Origin: Candidatus Hodarchaeota archaeon
GTDB taxonomy: Archaea; Asgardarchaeota; Heimdallarchaeia; Hodarchaeales; Hodarchaeaceae
Direction: 5' to 3'
NCBI GenBank assembly: GCA_016840035.1
Contig: JAEOTC010000086.1
Span: 1 to 64,000, forward strand
Length of the DNA: 64,000 nt
The notes under the pieces are model-generated. The model was not told where the DNA came from. It made no database searches and saw only the letters and a program-made list of their open reading frames with translations. This document shows positions 49,730 through 58,790 of this stretch, in pieces. The stretch's first letter is position 1; every line of letters starts with the position of its first letter. Made by a program: the position numbers and the translations under genes.

Positions 49730-50869
49730 TTATACCATAACTGCAGCTATTGTTGGTGGATCATCCTCTGATATTGTTATTAACCCTTTAGTTACTAGAT
49801 CACCAAGCATCTGTTTCAACTTTAATGGATGCGCGCCTACAGACATAGCTAGGGTAGGAAGATCTAATACGCCGCCTAAATTCAATAGGATGAGAATTGA
49901 TGCATACAGTGGATGAGTAGAGAGTAATCGCTGGGTATATTCTAAAAGAACATTTTTCTCAAGGCGTTCTGTTATTGCTTTTTCTAATGAAGATTTCGCA
50001 TCTGTTAATTCATCTTCAGTCAGAGTCAGAGCTTCTTCCAAGCGCTCTACTGAAATTTTATGTTGCCTTGACATATCATCTATTCTTTTATTCTGGGTTT
50101 CTAACTTCGTTTTCATTTCTTCCAGATCAATTTCCATCTCTTGCCGAATCTCTTTTGTACGAGATTGAATACCATCTTCGAGCATCCGTTGATAATAATT
50201 TTCTTGAATCTGGTAAGTTTCAGCCACTGAAGCTAGTGCTTCTTGAATATCTTTTTCATGGATCAAATCTTTTTCTTTTAACTTACCGATTAGAGCTTCT
50301 TTCATCTCAATTTCATTGATAAGTACTTTAGATTGAGTTTGATGCGTTATTAGCTCTTTTTGTTGATTTTCGAGTTGTGTTCGAACTCGCTTCACATCTG
50401 CCTCAAGTGCGGTCAGCTTATCAGTATTTTCAGCTAATTGAGCAAGTATATCGGTTTTTTCATCCTCTATTTGTTTAAGTTCAGCATTCTTCTCTTTTAT
50501 CTGAGATTTGAACTCAATATTACTCTCCCGTAATTGCTCTAATTCTTTTTCCTGTTCAACAGAAGCCTCGTCTTGTACTATAAACCCACCTTCAGATAAT
50601 CCCTCTTTTATTCGACCTAAGGATTTGATCGTTATGCGAGTTAATTCACTATCTACAATACGAGCGGTCTCTTTCCGTATACTTTTCACTAATGTGTCAA
50701 TATCTTGATAACTGAAGTTCGGAAGTCCTTGAGAAAGTAATGTACTTTTTGTACCTGAAACTACTACGCCAATCTCTTGCTGGGAAACTTTTCGATCTTT
50801 AGCCATCTCATTAATAAATTCTAAACCAAATTCTTTCAGAGAAAATTGTGTCATTTCTTGTTCCCTCAA
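49730..50869 (-). CDS. Long coiled-coil protein with C-terminal winged helix
   Basis: E/K/Q-rich heptads aa ~100-310; LPTLAMSVG..P......L.DLV.KGLI tail. Confidence 0.7.
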   Translation of the reverse strand: MREQEMTQFSLKEFGLEFINEMAKDRKVSQQEIGVVVSGTKSTLLSQGLPNFSYQDIDTLVKSIRKETARIVDSELTRITIKSLGRIKEGLSEGGFIVQDEASVEQEKELEQLRESNIEFKSQIKEKNAELKQIEDEKTDILAQLAENTDKLTALEADVKRVRTQLENQQKELITHQTQSKVLINEIEMKEALIGKLKEKDLIHEKDIQEALASVAETYQIQENYYQRMLEDGIQSRTKEIRQEMEIDLEEMKTKLETQNKRIDDMSRQHKISVERLEEALTLTEDELTDAKSSLEKAITERLEKNVLLEYTQRLLSTHPLYASILILLNLGGVLDLPTLAMSVGAHPLKLKQMLGDLVTKGLITISEDDPPTIAAVMV

Positions 50870-50992
50870 ATGACCTGCTGGTTTTAATGATAACGTCAGG
50901 TAAGTTTTATCTTTGATTGATTATTTAAATCTGTAGGAGGAACTCACATTATCGAGCTTCGATGTTAACAGTGAAGGAGTTGCACATTATTA

Positions 50993-51409
50993 CTACGAGT
51001 TCCATAGATTTTGCAGATCTGGAATTAATGTTGCCGTAAGTATTGTAATTACTCCTTGAATTAAGATCGCCGTAATTAATGCAAATAATATGCTTAGTAA
51101 TGTACCTAACAAATAATATTCAGCAAAATGACGTTCTTTCAGCTGTTCAAATCGTGCCATCGACTTAGCAACGAATACAAACGATATTGTACCAAATTCT
51201 CCCATTAATGCTAGAGTCAGTATTATTGCCCGTTCTACCTGTCCAATTTTTTTTCCCGCGCCTAAAAGACCCATTGATTTCTTTGTTGAATCTGGATCTT
51301 TATAGGGAGATAGGAATCGACCCACGAACCATGCCCCTACGAATATTGCCCATAAATATGCGAACAGATATAGAAACACAAGTATTAGAAATAAATCTAG
51401 CTGAAACAC
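50993..51409 (-). CDS. DUF3307-like membrane protein (short form)
   Basis: GAGK.IG..ER, AKS..RF..L....FAEYYL.GTL.S motifs; lies just downstream of satD. Confidence 0.8.
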   Translation of the reverse strand: MFQLDLFLILVFLYLFAYLWAIFVGAWFVGRFLSPYKDPDSTKKSMGLLGAGKKIGQVERAIILTLALMGEFGTISFVFVAKSMARFEQLKERHFAEYYLLGTLLSILFALITAILIQGVITILTATLIPDLQNLWNS

Positions 51410-51426
51410 TTAGTATCCTCCTAGGT

Positions 51427-52059
51427 TTAACATACTGGAAAAGTTAAATTATTTAATGTTTCGATAGCAATTCTGATTTCCTCCCAATGAGCGCTTTTAA
51501 GAATATTTGAAACAGCCTGTTTAGTAATGTTGTTACTATTTTTCGTTTTAATCCTTTTTCCAATCTTCTCATATGTCAATCCTTGTCTTCGGTAGTGAAT
51601 CACTTCTTTTTGTCTATCTGTCCATGGTTCCTTCAAGATATTCAATAAAGTAAGTAAAGAATTTGTCAATTGATCGAATGATTTATTCTTTGATTGTATC
51701 CAGACCGATCGTTGGTTCTTATGTGCAATCTCTAGCGCTCCTCTTGATCGATAAAACGCCGGCCCATCCATTTCCATGGAATTTTTCGATATGGTAGTGC
51801 TTATTGTTCCTATCCCTATTCCACAACGGAAATTAAAGGGTAATTCTTCTTCTAATCTCTCAAAAATCGAATAAAAATTCTTTAACTCTTTTAAAACTCC
51901 TTGAAATGAATCTCCCCAGACAATAACGAAGGGAGAAATAATTCTTTCCGAGTAATCAAGGTTTATTTGATTAATTACAGATTTTAATGTTTCCTGTACC
52001 TCTAATCTATTGGTGATTTCTCTTGAATGTACAATATCACAAGTTAAAACAACGTACAT
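51427..52059 (-). CDS. satD: SatD family protein (nucleotide-cyclase-like domain plus C-terminal HTH)
   Basis: LTCDIVHSR, GDSFQG, R.GIG.G, DGPAFYRSR, WT..Q, TYEKIG...TKQAVS..LK. Confidence 0.9.
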   Translation of the reverse strand: MYVVLTCDIVHSREITNRLEVQETLKSVINQINLDYSERIISPFVIVWGDSFQGVLKELKNFYSIFERLEEELPFNFRCGIGIGTISTTISKNSMEMDGPAFYRSRGALEIAHKNQRSVWIQSKNKSFDQLTNSLLTLLNILKEPWTDRQKEVIHYRRQGLTYEKIGKRIKTKNSNNITKQAVSNILKSAHWEEIRIAIETLNNLTFPVC

Positions 52060-52118
52060 CTGTTTGGATTCACCTCTTTTACTGCATTTTGTTTTGGTTG
52101 TTTTCCTCTAACAATTGC

Positions 52119-52226
52119 ATCAATCTTTTTTCAATTGACTTCTTAGTTGTCAACTTAAAAAGCTTGTTATTTCAAAAGTCAATAAAATATAGTTGACGGA
52201 CATAAAGTCAATATGATTCACCTGGC
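52119..52226. promoter_or_regulatory. Four-unit 29-bp-periodic array of GTCAA-N10-TTGAC-like palindromes upstream of satD
   Basis: GTCAA at 52149, 52178, 52207; TTGAC/TTGTT/TTGAC/CTGGC at 52135, 52164, 52193, 52222. Confidence 0.7.
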
Positions 52227-53300
52227 ACTCAGGGAGGAATTGCAAACTTCACAGACGGCCTCACTTCCCTCGATAATTTGATTCGTATTATTACAGTGAT
52301 GACAGTACACAAATACCTTTTTTTCAGCAAAAAAACCAAAAGTACCTTTACCAGCTAATATAGTTTTATCTGCTTGTTCTTTCATCTTTTTGAACAAAGG
52401 ATTAGATAAATCCTCTAGACTAGAGATGACACTTTGTCGATCAGTATGTTGTTTTCTGGTAGTTTCTTTTTCTTGAAGATATGCTTCACGTTCAGCAGGC
52501 GACATATTTTCAAGCAGTTGTAGTTCTTTCAATCGAAGAGTATATTTGTTTCGTTGATCTAATGACATAGAATTGAGTATTTGCGGAGAAAAAGATGTTA
52601 GTTCATCTAAACTCGATTCTGCGAAATTAATATGCGAGATATTCGTTGAAGATGTGGGATTGTGTGTAGAAACACTTATTGCACCAGGAGGAGGTGGAGG
52701 AGGTGGATTACTTGTTATAGAATTTGAGTGAGATGAAGCTGGGGGTTTTACATCATTGAGTTGAGCAAGATTCGTAGAGATACTATCTCGGACTGAATCA
52801 CTTATATTTTCAATTACTGTCGATAGGTAGTCTTTCGAGGATAGTTCTTGTTGTTTATTTTCGAGAGACTTCATCTGTGTCTCTAATTCCCCAAGACGGG
52901 TTATCAATTCAACTAATTGTTTGTCGGTCTTAGATTCTTTTAACTCCTTCTCAACAAATTTTAGCTCTTTCTGGTTGTGACAAATATAACAGACATCGTT
53001 TATTAATTCATCATTTAAGGTTCTTCGACCACAATTTTGACAAATAGTAAATATTCTTCCAAGTTCAGAAAGCGCGATTTGAATTCTTTTCTCGTTTGAA
53101 CTCAATTTTAACTTGTTAGAATTAGGGCCACGAGAAATTTTGGGTTTATGAACAAAAATCGAATCCTTAGGGTTCCAATCTTTGGCATTAATCGATCCCA
53201 ATTGCTGAAGAGCTTTCTCAATGTTATAAAAGGGCTTCTTCCTGATATGTGATGAAGAGTTAGGATCAAAAGAAGAAGATAATCTTAATTGTTTTGTCAT
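52218..53300 (-). CDS. Zn finger, coiled coil, polyproline and Zn ribbon protein
   Basis: CQNC..CYIC, coiled coil, P7 tract, CHHC..CEVC. Confidence 0.7.
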   Translation of the reverse strand: MTKQLRLSSSFDPNSSSHIRKKPFYNIEKALQQLGSINAKDWNPKDSIFVHKPKISRGPNSNKLKLSSNEKRIQIALSELGRIFTICQNCGRRTLNDELINDVCYICHNQKELKFVEKELKESKTDKQLVELITRLGELETQMKSLENKQQELSSKDYLSTVIENISDSVRDSISTNLAQLNDVKPPASSHSNSITSNPPPPPPPGAISVSTHNPTSSTNISHINFAESSLDELTSFSPQILNSMSLDQRNKYTLRLKELQLLENMSPAEREAYLQEKETTRKQHTDRQSVISSLEDLSNPLFKKMKEQADKTILAGKGTFGFFAEKKVFVYCHHCNNTNQIIEGSEAVCEVCNSSLSAR

Positions 53301-53316
53301 AATGGGATTCCATACC

Positions 53317-53931
53317 TTAATCTAGAGAACTCGCCTGTTCAAGAAACAACTGAGCAACGGCCCGTGTATCTGGATTTATATCCGATTGACTCTCATTAAT
53401 AACGACTAGTGCAATTCTAGCTAAAAAATCGAAGTTTGGATCAAGAATTTGCTGTAATCCAGTTTTCAGAAACTGTGCAGAGGAAATTTCACGCTCTTCG
53501 GCGATTTTTGTGATTCGAATTAATTCTGATTTGATTACATCTGCTACTTGAGGGTCAATTCCTTCTGAAAAATCTTGTGTCTTTGAACGAGTGTGGTTAA
53601 TAGAAACCGTATCTTCTGTTATAAAAGGCCGAACCACATCCAGAGTATCATAAATTAAAATTGCTCGTTGGTCGATAATATACTGCTCATAGAACGATGC
53701 CCAATATGCTCTTTCTGGGAGTCCGATAAATCTTTGCCGTTGTCCTTTTGGTTTCGAAATATTGACAACTGCAATTGCTTTTTTTTCCACTAGTCGTGTG
53801 ACTGAACCGTCAATTTTTCCCCTACTCCAATTTAAGCGCTCAACCAAATCGTTTATCGTGACTGGCCGTTCGAATTTTGAGAGTTTATGAATCAATTCTT
53901 GGTCAGTTTCATCAGCATTGCCTCGTGGCAC
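53317..53931 (-). CDS. Winged-HTH protein
   Basis: VTINDLVERLNWSRGKIDGSVTRLVEK. Confidence 0.7.
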   Translation of the reverse strand: MPRGNADETDQELIHKLSKFERPVTINDLVERLNWSRGKIDGSVTRLVEKKAIAVVNISKPKGQRQRFIGLPERAYWASFYEQYIIDQRAILIYDTLDVVRPFITEDTVSINHTRSKTQDFSEGIDPQVADVIKSELIRITKIAEEREISSAQFLKTGLQQILDPNFDFLARIALVVINESQSDINPDTRAVAQLFLEQASSLD

Positions 53932-54438
53932 TGTGTTAATTCACCCCATTATATTAGGTTGGCTTAAATTAAGTTTACTTTAGGATCAACTGTATTTCTT
54001 AACAGGATACTACTCAGACATGACTATTTTTTCATATTTTTAGGACCCTAATTTTCTACATGTGTTCTTTATGATATCATTTAGAATTGATATCTACATG
54101 ACTATATAACTTTATTTCTAGATTGAGGATTTAAGTCGGATAATTTTGTTAAAATATTGATATTATGCACGTCTATATAGGCACTGAAAGACGATGAAAT
54201 GAATCTTTTCTAATTTATTTCGTTAACAATAAATAAAACTTGTGATAGCCGTGTCTATGACGTTTTAAAGACTATTGTCCTTAATTTCTATGGTGAACAG
54301 ATTCAGAAGGGTCAAAGATTATTTTAGGCCTGATTATGAAGGATATTGTTTAAGAAGAGAAATCTTTAGAATACTCAAAGCTTTTGTTGATGTAAAATAT
54401 TAAGATCTTTGAGAATTCATAATGTACTGGACTGATTA

Positions 54439-56298
54439 ATGATGGAAATGGATATAAATGACTGTAAGATTGTACTTTTCGATTTTTTTCAGAAAAAAAA
54501 GGCTATTCTTCTTGAAGCTCTCAAATCTGATGAAGTACAAACATTTCTTGAACCCTTAAGCGACATGACAATAATTTTTTCTGATATAAACAATATTGAC
54601 GAGCTTAAGAGTTATCTCAAAACCTTACAGATTCCAAAGGAAAATTTAAAAGATATTTTGATAGTCTTTGATCGTCCATTTCAATCTTCGTTTTCGTGGG
54701 GTTTCCAGGATAAAGAATTTGTTTTCATTCGTCTGGAGAAAGGGACAAAATTATTTCAGAAAAAGAACAGGAAAGGATTGATTGGATTAGTCATCCATGA
54801 AGTTTTACATGGTGTACAGCGTCAAAGAGGATTAGAGATCCGTTTACGAGACTCATTAGATTTTAGCTTAGATTTTTTTACTCAATTAGCAGAGGTCATT
54901 CCTCCTGAGAAATATAAACGTGAAGAAATAATATCATTTCTGAAACAAATATCTCAAGTCGCCTTGTTTGCATTGAAAGATATATTTGTTAATGTAGAAA
55001 TGATAAAAAGAGGTCTTGCTGAATGGTTGGTTATTTTCTACCAGGATGAAGTAGGATTTGGGGAAGAGATTAATATTTCTCCTCCTCAATATGAAACGGA
55101 GTTTGAAAAAGGAATCATTAAAGTAATGGATCTGAATGCATTTGCTAATGCATTCACCTATACTCTTTCATTAATCCCTATTTGGTTGCCATTCATGGTT
55201 CTGGAAACTGACTCCAAAGATTATGAATCTTCACGGAAATTAAAACACTTTATCTTTGAAGAATACTACATTAATCCTTCCTTCATAACTCGAGAAATGT
55301 GGCATATTGAAAATATCTTTCTCGCCAGCTTCTCCTTTTCTAAAAGCTTTCATCGAAAATGGTACGGTGCCATCTTCAACCTTGCACTAGAGTATTTACT
55401 TGGAGAAGATTTTCTATTCTATCATTTATTTAAGGCCACTGAACTTCTAGAAGAACTTTACATTACCGAAGAATCGGAAGAAAGAAAATCAATGGCCATG
55501 ATCCCAATTTTAAAAGCTACTTACATTTATAGACGGGAACACCTAGTTGGAATTCAAAAAAGAAATATCGAAGAATTAAATTCGAAATTGGAGCAATATT
55601 CGATCAGTAAAGACGAACTTTTAGAATTAGAGGAAGCTATTGACAGTTCAGCAGAACATTCTACCTCTCCAGCTCATATGTTTGAAAATCTTATGAAGTT
55701 ATCAATCATGATCATTTCTCGAGATCTGCGTGAAAATGTTTTTTCTGGAGAGAATTTGAAGTTCAAAGTATTCAGTCGAACGATCCTTTCTCTCTTACAG
55801 GCAATTAACTATCTGGGAGACGAATGCGATGATCAATATTACCATACCGTCCGTCTAGGGGTAAAAAGACTTTTACGATCCGATGATTTGTTTAAACGGA
55901 AAAGATGGGTTCTGTTACTAGAGAATTTCGCACAAAATACGATTTTCCAGGGAGAGACCGAACCTACTCAGAATGAAATTGAAGAGTTGATGTACAATTT
56001 TGATTTCTTTGAGATTCCTTTGACTAATTTCTTCATTGATCTTGGAATATCCTTCATTCAGAATATAAAGACCGTAATGAAAACTGTACCTGTCGATGAT
56101 GAGGAATTTCCATTTTTAACCGCCCAACTTATCAATATTCAACTTGGTGGACTCCAGCTTCCAATAGAAGATGATGAACATCTAAACTTGTTGTATGTTA
56201 GTAGTTTAATTGCGACTCGAGGAATTCCTTATCTCCTGATTCAAGTAATGCTTACAGCTTTTCTTCAAGCAAGAGTCCCCCCAGAGGAAGCAGAATGA
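54439..56298 (+). CDS. Hypothetical protein with HExxH (zincin-like) motif
   Basis: GLVIHEVLHG; otherwise helical and unassigned. Confidence 0.55.
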   Translation: MMEMDINDCKIVLFDFFQKKKAILLEALKSDEVQTFLEPLSDMTIIFSDINNIDELKSYLKTLQIPKENLKDILIVFDRPFQSSFSWGFQDKEFVFIRLEKGTKLFQKKNRKGLIGLVIHEVLHGVQRQRGLEIRLRDSLDFSLDFFTQLAEVIPPEKYKREEIISFLKQISQVALFALKDIFVNVEMIKRGLAEWLVIFYQDEVGFGEEINISPPQYETEFEKGIIKVMDLNAFANAFTYTLSLIPIWLPFMVLETDSKDYESSRKLKHFIFEEYYINPSFITREMWHIENIFLASFSFSKSFHRKWYGAIFNLALEYLLGEDFLFYHLFKATELLEELYITEESEERKSMAMIPILKATYIYRREHLVGIQKRNIEELNSKLEQYSISKDELLELEEAIDSSAEHSTSPAHMFENLMKLSIMIISRDLRENVFSGENLKFKVFSRTILSLLQAINYLGDECDDQYYHTVRLGVKRLLRSDDLFKRKRWVLLLENFAQNTIFQGETEPTQNEIEELMYNFDFFEIPLTNFFIDLGISFIQNIKTVMKTVPVDDEEFPFLTAQLINIQLGGLQLPIEDDEHLNLLYVSSLIATRGIPYLLIQVMLTAFLQARVPPEEAE

Positions 56299-56410
56299 TC
56301 CAAAACTCATATTAAAAGGAAATTCTCCCCCTCCTCACAATTAAGGAGGAGATCTCAGAGTATTTGCGCGTAAACGGTCAAGTAACTCTTAACAAAAGAA
56401 AAGGAGGAAG

Positions 56411-56577
56411 CGGCACCAGCAGGAATTTCAGTTAAAAACTGAGTGTTTTTAATTTTTGAACCTGCGACCACTCGGTGTCTGTGTTTCTTTCTTACCGAAA
56501 GATGCCAATTAACAGCCGAACGCTCTACCTCTTCAGAGATAAAGAATAATTCCTTATCCTAACTGAGCTATGATGCC
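56411..56577 (-). tRNA. tRNA-Asn(GTT) with three BHB introns
   Basis: Acceptor GGCATCA/TGGTGCC, discriminator G; introns 56531-56560 (D-loop), 56477-56509 (37/38), 56425-56454 (T-loop 59/60); removal gives a canonical cloverleaf. Confidence 0.9.
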
Positions 56578-56593
56578 TTTTCTACCAAGAATT

Positions 56594-56699
56594 TGGGCCT
56601 GGGGGGATTTGAACCCACGAACCATCCGGTTATGAGCCGGACGCTCTAACCATTTCAGAGGGGGATATCGTTAAACTCCCTAGACTGAGCTACAGGCCC
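56594..56699 (-). tRNA. tRNA with CAT anticodon (probably Ile2), one D-loop BHB intron
   Basis: GGGCCTG/CAGGCCC acceptor typical of archaeal Ile2; loop CTCATAA; intron 56653-56682 with TCAG/CTGA helix and 3-nt bulges. Confidence 0.88.
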
Positions 56700-56757
56700 A
56701 ATAGATGTTATTTTGTGGTGTTACCACATTATTTAAGTGATTTCAGCTATTTGATAT

Positions 56758-57309
56758 TTATGTGTTTACCACATAAAGTCCATCTTGAAAGACTGTTGGA
56801 TCTTTGCTTCGTCGTCCTCGCAGTCTTGAGGATTCAGCTAAACGTGCTGCAACTTGGGAAACTATTTCCTTGTCAATACCAGTTAGAGTAACCATTTCCC
56901 CCTTAACTTTGATATTAACCGAGGGATCGTAAGGAACTTTAATGGGATCCCTTCTTCCGTATAGATTCTTAATAAGAATTGTAGACTTTTGGACTTCTAC
57001 CGTGGCGGGAAAGTGAGAAGTTATAATTTGAACCTGATAAGTGTATAATTCTTGAACTCCCTTGATCATGTTGTTTAAATGACCTCTGATTGTCCCTACC
57101 ATTGCAGCATCGGTTTTTTTACCAAAGTGACTAGCAATTGTAAATTTATTATCATCAAGAGTGATTTGAACATTTAAGCGAGTGAAGGATTTTACAATTT
57201 TTCCTTTAGGACCTTCTATTTCGACTGTATAACCCCCACGGATCTGTTTCATGTTAACTTTTATATCCTTAGGGATTTCAACTGTTTTTTCTACAATAAA
57301 ATGAGTCAT
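56758..57309 (-). CDS. rpl6: 50S ribosomal protein uL6
   Basis: GPKG, GHLNNMIKGV, SHFP, GIDKE.V.Q.AA, D..VFQDGLY; ATG 57309 preferred (GGAG SD, no overlap with rps8). Confidence 0.95.
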   Translation of the reverse strand: MTHFIVEKTVEIPKDIKVNMKQIRGGYTVEIEGPKGKIVKSFTRLNVQITLDDNKFTIASHFGKKTDAAMVGTIRGHLNNMIKGVQELYTYQVQIITSHFPATVEVQKSTILIKNLYGRRDPIKVPYDPSVNIKVKGEMVTLTGIDKEIVSQVAARLAESSRLRGRRSKDPTVFQDGLYVVNT

Positions 57310-57328
57310 TGGTTTTTCCACTCCATTT

Positions 57329-57715
57329 TTAATATACATAAGCTAATAAACGTCCGCCGAGATTTTTATCTGCAGCTTCGTGATGAGACATGACACCTTC
57401 TGAAGTTGAAACAACAAGTATTCCCATATCTCTAGCTGGAAGGAATCTTTTTTCCCATTCAACATAATCTATAACTTTAACTGGATATCTCGGTTTGATA
57501 ACTCCAATTTTTGTGATTCGGCCTAAAAGCTGTACAGAGATTATCCAAAGATCTTCCATAACTTCAAATTCGCCAATGGTTCCATATTTTTGGATCACAC
57601 GCAAAACATTTGCAATAATTCTACTCGCTGGTCTAATCGTAACTTCTTTACGACCAAGAATTTCCGCATTTGCTATTGTGGACATCGCATTAGCTAGGGG
57701 GTCATGCATAACCAT
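57329..57715 (-). CDS. rps8: 30S ribosomal protein uS8
   Basis: DPLANA, GVIKPR, FLPA...G.LVVSTS.GVMSH.EA...[10 protein letters not shown]. Confidence 0.96.
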   Translation of the reverse strand: MVMHDPLANAMSTIANAEILGRKEVTIRPASRIIANVLRVIQKYGTIGEFEVMEDLWIISVQLLGRITKIGVIKPRYPVKVIDYVEWEKRFLPARDMGILVVSTSEGVMSHHEAADKNLGGRLLAYVY

Positions 57716-57933
57716 ATTTTTCTTCTCTTTTTGGTTTGTTTCATATGAAAATGGCTAGTTAAGCCGAATGATTGGGGTAGAAAGACCTACTTTGCCTTAC
57801 CATCCATCTATACCGTCCATGAACGCACTAGTTAAAGGTTATCGTGAAGGGAGGAGGAGATTTTTTGATCTTTAGAAAAATCTGAGGTTTGCTGCCTCCA
57901 ATAGGGAAGAATTTACTGTTCTAAGAATAACCC

Positions 57934-58449
57934 CTACTTTTGCTTTCTTTTGATCTTAGCAATTGAGCCGATAGTTGTTGCTCGGGGGATAATATCATCA
58001 ACAGTGGAACTTTCGTCAGAGATTTCAGTTTTAAGTTCGATATCTAGTTCTCGCTCTATCTTAGCTACAACTCTGTCAGTAGGTATTACTTTTTCTGATT
58101 CAATTCGTGCCAATAGCGTCTCTTTTTCTTTGATTAATCCAGCAAACTGAGCACGTCCATACCCACGCTTTTTCCGAGCTTCTTGGATTAGAAATCCATA
58201 CCCATCGATAAGTATCTTATCATGAAGAAAGTCCTTCTTCGGTGGTTTCCTAGGAGCAGGTTTTGCTTTAGTTCGAGGCTTAGCCTGATGTTTGCTATAT
58301 CTTGCTCGTTGATCAGGTTTTGGTCGTTTTACTACTGGCTTCCCAAACTTTGCACATTTAGGACAAGCATAAAGTTCTACATGGTCAATTTCAACAAGTG
58401 AAATAAAACCTTCAGATCCGCACATTTCACATTGCTGTATTTTACTCAA
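57934..58449 (-). CDS. mbf1: Archaeal multiprotein bridging factor aMBF1 (Zn ribbon plus HTH)
   Basis: CEMCG...CPKCAKFG; I.EAR...G....FA..I.EKE....RIES; TTIG. Confidence 0.92.
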   Translation of the reverse strand: MSKIQQCEMCGSEGFISLVEIDHVELYACPKCAKFGKPVVKRPKPDQRARYSKHQAKPRTKAKPAPRKPPKKDFLHDKILIDGYGFLIQEARKKRGYGRAQFAGLIKEKETLLARIESEKVIPTDRVVAKIERELDIELKTEISDESSTVDDIIPRATTIGSIAKIKRKQK

Positions 58450-58790
58450 AAATAAGACTTCCTCAACAGATAATATGAATTCCTGAATTCTATATAACCT
58501 CTTAGTTCAAACCATTAATATTCAGCTAAGATGAAAAATCGTTATTGAAGAATGTATAATATTTTTCCTGCAGCTAAGGAGAAAATTGTATTACTTTTTA
58601 ATCCATTCAACCAACAAAGAAAATTCCTATATACGGTAACCCGTATGAAAAGAAAAATAAAGGATCATTCAGTCTGTAGCTATCAGTGGAAAAAACCTCT
58701 TTCGTTCCTAAAGTTCGTTCAATCAAACACTTTGAAACTTTAGGGAGGAATTAATGGAGATTACTTTCAATCACTAGAGTAGGTATTAAT

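Noticed and set aside
52119-52226. Mini CRISPR array
   Set aside because: Conserved parts are 5-bp half-sites with 9-10 bp spacers; no cas genes in the window
57716-57930. Unannotated rps14 upstream of rps8
   Set aside because: No CxxC...CRxC reading frame found on the - strand
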